Origin: an uncultured virus (IMG/VR IMGVR_UViG_3300022753_002012)
Taxonomy: Duplodnaviria > Heunggongvirae > Uroviricota > Caudoviricetes
Virus record (IMG/VR): IMGVR_UViG_3300022753_002012
Length of the DNA: 20,000 bases
Reading direction: 5' to 3' (one strand)
A program made the position numbers and the translations under genes. Every line of letters starts with the position of its first letter. The stretch's first letter is position 1. The notes beneath the pieces are model-generated. The model had not been told where the DNA came from and searched no databases. It saw only the letters and a program-made list of their open reading frames with translations. Shown here piece after piece: positions 1 through 6,280 of the stretch.

Positions 1-800
1 CATACCTCTTCTTCATTGACAAGGTCGGCAACGCAAGTAATCCCGTGTCCTACGGATTTAACGGGTGAAACGAAGTCACGATGCATTACCCTAGATGCGT
101 CCTTGCCGTTTGCGTAAGTCCATAAAGCATAACCATTTACGCCAAGAAGCTGTTGTATGAATTTTGGATCAGTCTGTGCTAACTGACCGATGGTATAGAT
201 GCCTATGCGATTCAGCTTTTTCGTAGTTGCTGAGCCACAATAAATCAGTTCGCTACAAGGCAATCCCCATATTTTCTCTTTGAAGGACGCCTCGTCGATT
301 TCTGTGATGGCATCGGGCTTTTTCATATCACTTCCCAGCTTGGCGAATATTTTATTAAAAGAAACGCCAATTGAAACGGTTAGCCCCAATTCTTCTCGAA
401 CTGTCGTGCGGATGCTTTCGGCAATGGTCATCGGATCGCCGCAAGCATTTCTGCTACCTGAAACATCCAGCCAACACTCGTCCATACCGAAGGGTTCAAT
501 AAGGTCGGTGTATCTGCTGTATATGGCTTGCGTCAGCTTGGAATATTTAAGGTACTGGTCGTATTGAGGGGGAACAATGATGAGGTCTTTACAGAGACGT
601 TGCGCTTCCCAATTTACCATTCCCGTTTTTATGCCCGCTTTTTTAGCAAGCTCAGATTTTGCAAGAACGATGCCGTGCCTATCCTCGGTTGAGCCGCACA
701 CCGCTACGGCTTTTCCACGGAGCCTGGGGTCAAGCATCATCTCGACAGATGCATAAAAACAATTGAGGTCGCTATGCAAAATGGCTCTGGTTGACGTCAA
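1..800 (-). CDS. dinB: Y-family DNA polymerase (DNA polymerase IV / DinB-UmuC family); the 3' end runs off the window
   Basis: Manual translation of the minus strand from TTG at 800 (RBS GGAGGT at 813-808) gives MTSTRAILHSDLNCFYASVE...RHGIVLAKSELAKKAGIKTGM...IEPFGMDECWLDV...LGLTVSIGVSFNKIFAKLGSDMKKPDA. These are the hallmark Y-family motifs (DxxxFYASVE, catalytic DE, SIG...AK). The frame is open to position 1. Confidence 0.95.
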   Translation of the reverse strand, partial: MTSTRAILHSDLNCFYASVEMMLDPRLRGKAVAVCGSTEDRHGIVLAKSELAKKAGIKTGMVNWEAQRLCKDLIIVPPQYDQYLKYSKLTQAIYSRYTDLIEPFGMDECWLDVSGSRNACGDPMTIAESIRTTVREELGLTVSIGVSFNKIFAKLGSDMKKPDAITEIDEASFKEKIWGLPCSELIYCGSATTKKLNRIGIYTIGQLAQTDPKFIQQLLGVNGYALWTYANGKDASRVMHRDFVSPVKSVGHGITCVADLVNEEEV

Positions 801-856
801 AATAATCACCTCCTCAAAAAAACTGAACTTTTTTATAAAAAAATTGAACTTACCTA

Positions 857-885
857 TTGACAAAAGTTCGTGTCTGCTGTATAAT
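857..885 (+). promoter_or_regulatory. sigma70/sigmaA promoter for the XRE-immA operon
   Basis: TTGACA (857-862), 17-bp spacer, TATAAT (880-885): perfect consensus. Confidence 0.85.
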
Positions 886-916
886 AGGCTTACAAGTTCA
901 CCACAAGTTCGCATTT

Positions 917-945
917 ATTATAACACCTCGAAAACGATTTGTCAA
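917..945 (-). promoter_or_regulatory. sigma70/sigmaA promoter (extended -10) for dinB
   Basis: On the minus strand: TTGACA (945-940), 17-bp spacer, TG-T-TATAAT (-10 at 922-917). Perfect consensus plus the TGn extension. Confidence 0.85.
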
Positions 946-1013
946 TAGGAAAATGGAACTTTTGTAGAACTTTTATAGAATTTTCATTTTTTGAAGAAGG
1001 AGTGTATATTGAG

Positions 1014-1445
1014 ATGAAGTCTTTTGCAGAAAAGATTCGAGACGCTAGAAATGAACTCCGATTGACCCAGCATCAGTTGGGAGAAAAGACCGGAGTATCC
1101 GTGCGCTCGATATTGGCGTATGAGAGAGGAGAGAAGAAACCCCGCCAAGCCATGCTGTTAAAACTTGCAAAAGCGCTTAATGTTTCAACAAAATATCTTG
1201 CAGATGATACTTGCACTGACCCGCAGGCAGACATCGAGATGGATGATTATATTGAGGAAGCACATGGGCGCTATGGTATGGACGGCGTTCGTGATATCAA
1301 TAATCTTCTTGCACAGAACCAGGCATTATTTGCCGGTGGAGAATTGTCGCAAGACCAAAAGGATGCATTCTTCCAGGCAGTAATGGAAGCATATGTTCTT
1401 TGCAAAGAAGGAGCAAAAGAAACTTACGGTAGAAAGAAGAAATAA
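1014..1445 (+). CDS. XRE-family HTH transcriptional repressor (ImmR-like)
   Basis: N-terminal HTH_3 pattern FAEKIRDARNELRLTQHQLGEKTGVSVRSILAYERGEKKP. AAGGAG RBS at 997-1002 favours ATG 1014 over the ORF-track start 939. Adjacent to an ImmA-like peptidase. Confidence 0.92.
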   Translation: MKSFAEKIRDARNELRLTQHQLGEKTGVSVRSILAYERGEKKPRQAMLLKLAKALNVSTKYLADDTCTDPQADIEMDDYIEEAHGRYGMDGVRDINNLLAQNQALFAGGELSQDQKDAFFQAVMEAYVLCKEGAKETYGRKKK

Positions 1446-1481
1446 TATGTCCGTAAAATCCTTAATGGAAGGAGGGCGAGT

Positions 1482-2036
1482 ATGTACTACGGAGATATTG
1501 TTGATGCCGTAAAAAGGGTGAAACGACAATACGGCGAGCGCGATCCTTTTCGTCTCTGCCGCGCAATGGGTATTATTTTAAACTTCGTATCGTTGGGTAC
1601 GGCTGAAGATGCTATCAAAGGCTTCTTCGTATATAGTAACCGAAAGGGCGTTATAACAATTAATAGTGATTTACCATTGGTAATTCAACGCATTATCTGC
1701 GCCCACGAAATCGGACACTATGTTTTACATAAAAAAAGGAAGGCTTGCGCTTTCCACGAAGTCGGTCTTTACGATGAATCGGTTGAATGTGAAAAGGAAG
1801 CGAATTTCTTTTCTGCAGAATATTTGCTTGAGGACAATGAGGTTTTTGAGACTCTGCGTCGGGATACCACATTTTTCTCGACAGCCGCGATTTTGATGGT
1901 GCCGTTTGAACTGCTAGATTTCAAGTTCCGCGTTATGAAGTGGAAGGGATATCAGCTTATCGAACCGCCCGTCCATGCAAGCAGTAAATTTTTGCGGGAT
2001 ATGGAGGTGCCTTCGGATGCAGACTTTTACGACTAA
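1482..2036 (+). CDS. ImmA/IrrE-family zinc metallopeptidase (anti-repressor)
   Basis: HExxH motif (CAHEIGH) plus downstream EKEANFFSAEYLL, the typical Peptidase_M78/DUF955 signature. Strong RBS AAGGAGG upstream. Confidence 0.93.
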   Translation: MYYGDIVDAVKRVKRQYGERDPFRLCRAMGIILNFVSLGTAEDAIKGFFVYSNRKGVITINSDLPLVIQRIICAHEIGHYVLHKKRKACAFHEVGLYDESVECEKEANFFSAEYLLEDNEVFETLRRDTTFFSTAAILMVPFELLDFKFRVMKWKGYQLIEPPVHASSKFLRDMEVPSDADFYD

Positions 2037-2304
2037 ATCTCCCAAAGTATATGTTGCCGTCCGCGCGGAGTTTGACGAAGATGGCATTATGTTCCCCAAA
2101 GAAATAACGTGGGAAGATGGAGAAAAATTCGAGATAGATCGTGTGCTTGATATTCGTCAAGCTCCTGCACTCAAAGCCGGAGGGCAGGGTGATAGATATA
2201 CAATTATGGTAAAAGGGCAACAGAGTTACCTGTTTTTTGAGCGTAGTTGCAACCTAACCGGAAACGTTATAGGAAGATGGTTTGTAGAACGCAAGAATGC
2301 CTGA
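2017..2304 (+). CDS. Small conserved beta-rich hypothetical protein, possibly a Y-polymerase accessory (ImuB-C/DUF6504-like)
   Basis: RBS GGAGG at 2003-2007 and ATG 2017 overlapping the end of immA. Sequence P..ITWEDG..FEIDRVLD...GG.G.RY....LFFE...RWFVE. The family assignment is inference from the pattern and the dinB context. Confidence 0.75.
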   Translation: MQTFTTKSPKVYVAVRAEFDEDGIMFPKEITWEDGEKFEIDRVLDIRQAPALKAGGQGDRYTIMVKGQQSYLFFERSCNLTGNVIGRWFVERKNA

Positions 2305-2350
2305 ACCCAAACAAATATGTGGTGTCGGTGAAAAATGACACTACAAGTTT

Positions 2351-2380
2351 AAGGTGTAGCGTAATAGCTACACCTTTTGC
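2351..2380 (+). terminator. Probable intrinsic terminator (or operator palindrome) between the immA operon and the exonuclease/WYL block
   Basis: Perfect 10-bp stem AAGGTGTAGC-GTAATA-GCTACACCTT (2351-2376) followed by TTGCTTT. Confidence 0.6.
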
Positions 2381-2409
2381 TTTACAAAATGGTTTTTCTG
2401 TGATATAAT
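2381..2409 (+). promoter_or_regulatory. sigmaA promoter (extended -10) for the exonuclease-WYL block
   Basis: TTTACA (2381-2386), 17 bp, TG-A-TATAAT (-10 at 2404-2409), 26 bp upstream of the ATG at 2436. Confidence 0.75.
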
Positions 2410-2435
2410 ATAGTCACTACAATAGAGGGAGTGTA

Positions 2436-3389
2436 ATGTTTATGTGCTATATTGTCTTGGATATGGAATGGAATCAGCCGTTCAATTACAGGAAAATGAT
2501 TCGTAAACCCGTAAAGCTCGTGGGAGAAATCGTTCAAATCGGAGCGGTGAAGCTCAGCGAGGCTTTTGAGATGGTTGACACGTTTAAGATTATGGTTGCT
2601 CCCAAGTATTATACTCGTATGAATGAGGCGGTTGAGGATTTGACCCATATAACCACAAGTGACCTGCAGTATGGATTTCCGTTTCCGCAAGCTATCAAAC
2701 ATTTCATCAACTGGTGTGGCTCCGACTATAGCTTCATCACTTGGGGCTGGGACGATGTGGATATGCTTGAGGACAACTTAAAGCTCCACGGGTTGGATTA
2801 CTCGTGGCTTCCCACGTATTATAACCTCCAGCCGATATACAATTACCAGATTTCAAAAGAATCGAGACAGGCGTCGTTGTCTGAGGCAATGGGAAGGCTC
2901 AACCTTGAGATGTCCGAAGCGCACGATGCCCTTAACGACGCTAGAAACGCTGCAAAGATATGTACCGTACTCGATGTGACTGCCGGTATAGAGGCCTACG
3001 GAGAAATCATCAAGCGTCCTTTGAAGAAAACCAATGCTACGCTCGATGAGATCAGCTCTCGTAAGTCGTATAAGGATCGTCAAGATGTATTCGTAGATTT
3101 GGAAATGAACCGATTTATCTGCAACGGCTGTGGCGAAATGGTTTGCTGCGGAGAATGGCTCAAGCAGAGCACAGATAAATATGTTTGCATTGCGCGTTGT
3201 GATTGTGGTGAAGAGTTCTTTGTAAGATTGAGATTTAGAAAGAACAACAACGGAACCTGGCGCGCCGGAATAACTGTATATGCCATGAACGAGGAACACC
3301 AGGCATTCTATAACGGCGTTATCGAGAGAAACAAGGTAAAAGAAGAAAAATGGATAGCGTACCAACAGCTTCATGCGGTTGCGGTATAA
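2436..3389 (+). CDS. DEDDh 3'-5' exonuclease (ERI-1/KapD-like) with C-terminal Cys-rich (zinc-ribbon-like) domain
   Basis: ExoI VLDMEWNQ, EIVQIGAVK, ExoII TWGWDD, ExoIII AHDALNDA. C-terminal CNGC...CDC. Confidence 0.9.
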   Translation: MFMCYIVLDMEWNQPFNYRKMIRKPVKLVGEIVQIGAVKLSEAFEMVDTFKIMVAPKYYTRMNEAVEDLTHITTSDLQYGFPFPQAIKHFINWCGSDYSFITWGWDDVDMLEDNLKLHGLDYSWLPTYYNLQPIYNYQISKESRQASLSEAMGRLNLEMSEAHDALNDARNAAKICTVLDVTAGIEAYGEIIKRPLKKTNATLDEISSRKSYKDRQDVFVDLEMNRFICNGCGEMVCCGEWLKQSTDKYVCIARCDCGEEFFVRLRFRKNNNGTWRAGITVYAMNEEHQAFYNGVIERNKVKEEKWIAYQQLHAVAV

Positions 3390-3412
3390 GAATTGAGAAT
3401 GGAGAACGAACA

Positions 3413-4438
3413 ATGAAAAATGCTGATAGTTTGAACAGACTCCGCCTTTTGCGGATTTGGGAAATTTTGAATAAGGAAACCGATGAAGACCATCCGATGG
3501 GAACGGAAACACTCCGTGAGAAGCTCCTTGAAGGCGGTATCGATTGCCATAGAACCACTCTTTATGAGGATATCAAACTGCTTAATGATAGTGGCTACGA
3601 GATTATGTGCCGCCGTGGTCGAAGCAATCAATATTACGTGATGGATCGTAAATTTTCAAATCCAGAGGTGCATATTCTTATGGATGCCGTACAGGCGGCT
3701 AGCTTTATTACAAGCAAGAAAACAACCGAGCTTGTCGATAAAATTGCGAATTTGGCGGGAAGCCAAAAAGCGATGGTGCTAAAGAAAAATATCGTTCAGT
3801 TTAACACAGCCAAGAGTGATAACGAGAATATCTATTATTCCGTCAATGAGATTGTTACCGCGATTAACACAAACAGGAAGATAATTTTTCTATATTTTGA
3901 TTACGACAGCAATCACAATCGTGTCTATCGACACAACGGCCACCACTACGTGGTAAGTCCGTATGCGACTATTTTCGCTGACGGTCACTATTATCTTGTT
4001 ATCTATGATAAACGCTACAACAAGATGACGCATTACCGCATTGACCGTATGGACAAAGTGGAAATTATAGAAGAACTGGCTGATATGCCGCCGGAGGAGC
4101 TTGCATTTGATATTGCCGAACACAAAAAGCAGCTCTTCGGTATGTTCTCGGGTGAGACGACCAGTGTTACCATTGAGATGAAATCCTTTTTATTGGATGC
4201 AGTTTTCGACTTGTTCGGAAACAAAACAAGAATACTTCCATATGGCGATGATAAAATCCGCTTCACGGCAGACGTGCAGATTAGCGACCTTTTCTTCGGC
4301 TGGTGTTCTTCCTTCGGTCAAAACCTTAAACTGATCGCACCGCAGCACATATTGGAGGCATACAAAGAATACACCGCTAAAGTAATGCAGCAATATGAAG
4401 AGGGGGAGAAGGATGAAGAAAACGTCGGAGAAAACTAA
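3413..4438 (+). CDS. WYL-domain transcriptional regulator (wHTH-WYL-WCX)
   Basis: N-terminal wHTH (ILNKETDEDHPM...RTTLYEDIKLL), WYL core (VSPYATIFADGHYYLV...HYRIDRM) and WCX-like tail (FFGWCSSFG...IAP). ATG 3413 follows a GGAG RBS. Confidence 0.93.
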   Translation: MKNADSLNRLRLLRIWEILNKETDEDHPMGTETLREKLLEGGIDCHRTTLYEDIKLLNDSGYEIMCRRGRSNQYYVMDRKFSNPEVHILMDAVQAASFITSKKTTELVDKIANLAGSQKAMVLKKNIVQFNTAKSDNENIYYSVNEIVTAINTNRKIIFLYFDYDSNHNRVYRHNGHHYVVSPYATIFADGHYYLVIYDKRYNKMTHYRIDRMDKVEIIEELADMPPEELAFDIAEHKKQLFGMFSGETTSVTIEMKSFLLDAVFDLFGNKTRILPYGDDKIRFTADVQISDLFFGWCSSFGQNLKLIAPQHILEAYKEYTAKVMQQYEEGEKDEENVGEN

Positions 4439-4835
4439 AAGGGGCCTCTTGACGCTGTTTATCGTTTTTGAATGTATATTTGCTCCATTCACGGTCTTGG
4501 GGTTGCTGATTTTCTTTCCTGTCGGGTTGATTGGTCTCGCTGCGTGTATTATTTACGCGCTTGTGATTATTTCTATCAAGCAATCTATTAACGGAAAGAA
4601 GCCAATCCTGGATTTGTTTCGTGAAGGCAAGAAAACCTGCCGTAAATGTAAACATACGTTTTCAAAAAAGGACAGCTTGACCTGCCCCTATTGCGCCAGA
4701 GTAAGAGAGTTCAAGCGAAAATATGCGCCTATTATAGAATCCAAAAAGCTCCCGCCCAAGGATGAAGAGCATATGGATTTTTGGGAAGAAATAGGGCTTT
4801 TAATGCTGATTGATGAAATATTTGATGATGAATAA
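4413..4835 (+). CDS. Hypothetical membrane protein with CxxC...CxxC zinc ribbon and acidic tail
   Basis: About 50-residue hydrophobic N-region (about 2 TM), then CRKC...CPYC. RBS GGGGGAG before ATG 4413, which overlaps the end of the WYL gene. Confidence 0.8.
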   Translation: MKKTSEKTKRGLLTLFIVFECIFAPFTVLGLLIFFPVGLIGLAACIIYALVIISIKQSINGKKPILDLFREGKKTCRKCKHTFSKKDSLTCPYCARVREFKRKYAPIIESKKLPPKDEEHMDFWEEIGLLMLIDEIFDDE

Positions 4836-4849
4836 AGGGGAGACAAAAA

Positions 4850-4912
4850 ATGTGGATTATTTTATGTATTATCGCGCTTCCATTCGTTGTTCTTTCTGAA
4901 TTAATTAAGTAA
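4850..4912 (+). CDS. Putative 20-aa hydrophobic microprotein MWIILCIIALPFVVLSELIK
   Basis: AAGGGGAG RBS at 4835-4842, ATG 4850, TAA 4910-4912. Fills the intergenic gap. Not in the ORF track. Confidence 0.6.
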   Translation: MWIILCIIALPFVVLSELIK

Positions 4913-4942
4913 TTGGTTATCGGACCATAAAGGAGGATTTAA

Positions 4943-5257
4943 TTGACAAAGACATTAGTTAAACTCGGCGCAATTTCTGCGCTGGTGTTTGCAGTGTGCG
5001 GCTGGAGCACACTAGGAGCGATGTGGAGTGGTATCTGGCAGGTGCTGGTGGCACTCTTCCCGTTGCTTTGGGAAGGCATTAAGTATATGGTGGAAGAATA
5101 CCTGACATCGCCATACTTTATCACGGGCGCAATTATGATGATGGCATCGGGTTTCGGCATCTGGTTTGGAGTACGAGGCGGCAAGGCGCTTTACCTCGTC
5201 GTTTCGTTGATTGGCACCGTCATCAGCTTGGCAAGCATGGGCGTCAGTTTTATATAA
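4943..5257 (+). CDS. Small multi-pass membrane protein (about 3 TM)
   Basis: AAGGAGG RBS and TTG start; almost entirely hydrophobic. Confidence 0.8.
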   Translation: MTKTLVKLGAISALVFAVCGWSTLGAMWSGIWQVLVALFPLLWEGIKYMVEEYLTSPYFITGAIMMMASGFGIWFGVRGGKALYLVVSLIGTVISLASMGVSFI

Positions 5258-5269
5258 GGAGCAAAAACC

Positions 5270-5413
5270 ATGCCAGACTTAGATGATTTTCACGCTTTCA
5301 AAAGCACCAGCGGTGGTGGAAGCGGGGGCGGCGGAATGGGATGTTCCGGCGGGCTTTGGGCGGTTATAATTATAATTGCACTTCTCACGCTGCTCGGTCA
5401 GTGCGGCGGATAA
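5270..5413 (+). CDS. Putative 47-aa Gly-rich single-TM microprotein
   Basis: AAGGAG RBS, ATG 5270, MPDLDDFHAFKSTSGGGSGGGGMGCSGGLWAVIIIIALLTLLGQCGG, TAA 5411-5413. Not in the ORF track. Confidence 0.7.
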   Translation: MPDLDDFHAFKSTSGGGSGGGGMGCSGGLWAVIIIIALLTLLGQCGG

Positions 5414-5424
5414 ATAGGAGGTAT

Positions 5425-5631
5425 ATGATGAAATTTGGATTAAGAACCCCATCATTGAAACGCTCATTAAGAGCCAGAACAACTGGACGAGCGAAGCGTA
5501 GTGTTAAAAAAGCTCTTATACCCGGATATGGCAAAAAAGGAATGGGATGGGTGAAAAGCCCGAAAAAAGCCGCATACAATAAGGTTTATAACAAAACCTC
5601 GTTTAGCCTTTGGGATATATTCAAAAAATAA
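5425..5631 (+). CDS. Small highly basic hypothetical protein (68 aa; resembles a family I recall from Firmicutes phages/mobile elements)
   Basis: AGGAGG RBS immediately before ATG 5425. MMKFGLRTPSLKRSLRARTTGRAKR...IPGYGKKGMGWVKSPKKAAYNKVYNKT has 20 K/R and 1 D. Confidence 0.8.
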   Translation: MMKFGLRTPSLKRSLRARTTGRAKRSVKKALIPGYGKKGMGWVKSPKKAAYNKVYNKTSFSLWDIFKK

Positions 5632-5663
5632 AAACAGTAAATGAGCTAAAAAGGGTGAAAAGA

Positions 5664-6260
5664 ATGACTTGGGATGATTTTTATGAGCGTTTTTTTGATT
5701 GGGCAGATAGTACCAAGGTCAGCAAGATTTCTTCGTTGACGACGTTAGGAGAAGAGGAAGATATTATTGAAGTCGCTGGTGAATACGCTTATATCGGAAA
5801 TAAAGAGTGCACTAGGTTTTTGAAGAAAATAATAGCTCTTGGTGGTTGCTTTACCGCTAGCAATATCATGGAGCTGATATACAACGTTGAGCCATCGTTC
5901 ATATGGGAACTGGCACAAAAGAACAACACCCCTTATAGCGAAGATGCGTTGGATGAATTGGCTACGTATTTGTCGGACGAGCAGTTGAAGAGTCTCGCGC
6001 GGAAAAGCAATATTCGTTTTCAAACGGTTAGTGAATCGCAAAAGCGTCCTGAAACAAAGAGACCTGGATTCTTTGAAGCAATGGCTGCGATATTTACCAC
6101 TGGAGGAAGCAAGCAAAACACACACGGTCACCGTTGCAATGGAGATTGTGCCAACTGTCCGCCACATTATGGCTACAGATACGGAAGATGGTACTATGGT
6201 CATAACCATATGGAAGGCTGTGAATTTGGCGGAAACAGCGGTAGCGGAGGGAAAGATTAA
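5664..6260 (+). CDS. Hypothetical protein with helical N-domain and C-terminal Cys/His/aromatic motif
   Basis: Likely ATG 5664 (MTWDDFYERFFDW). The C-terminus is HGHRCNGDCANCPPHYGYRYGRWYYGHNHMEGCEFGGN. Confidence 0.8.
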   Translation: MTWDDFYERFFDWADSTKVSKISSLTTLGEEEDIIEVAGEYAYIGNKECTRFLKKIIALGGCFTASNIMELIYNVEPSFIWELAQKNNTPYSEDALDELATYLSDEQLKSLARKSNIRFQTVSESQKRPETKRPGFFEAMAAIFTTGGSKQNTHGHRCNGDCANCPPHYGYRYGRWYYGHNHMEGCEFGGNSGSGGKD

Positions 6261-6280
6261 GAGAAAGGAGACCAAAGTGA

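Larger units (their letters stand above)
825..983. repeat. Array of GAACTT/AAGTTC hexamers, candidate XRE operator half-sites
   Basis: GAACTT at 825, 846, 956 and 967 (plus GAATTT at 978); AAGTTC at 864, 894 and 905. Neighbouring same-orientation copies are mostly 11 or 21 bp apart. Confidence 0.75.

Noticed and set aside
846..869. Firmicutes LexA (Cheo) box upstream of dinB
   Set aside because: The GAAC and GTTC half-sites are 16 bp apart (GAACTT-N12-AAGTTC), not GAAC-N4-GTTC. No correctly spaced box was found in the spacer.
280..948. ORF-track plus-strand ORFs 280-567 and 763-948
   Set aside because: They are antisense to dinB or span the promoter region, with no RBS or recognisable motifs.
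2323..2345. PafBC-type motif TGTCGG-N10-TA near a WYL gene
   Set aside because: TGTCGG is present but is not followed by the TA-N3-T element, and that motif is actinobacterial.
2342..2349. TACAAGTT resembling the XRE repeat at 891-898
   Set aside because: A single imperfect half-site; not enough to claim XRE control of the second promoter.
5341..5424. ORF-track N-terminal extension of the basic protein, and the TTATAATTATAA palindrome within it
   Set aside because: The region is better explained by the 47-aa ORF (Val-Ile-Ile-Ile-Ile codons), and a strong RBS precedes ATG 5425.
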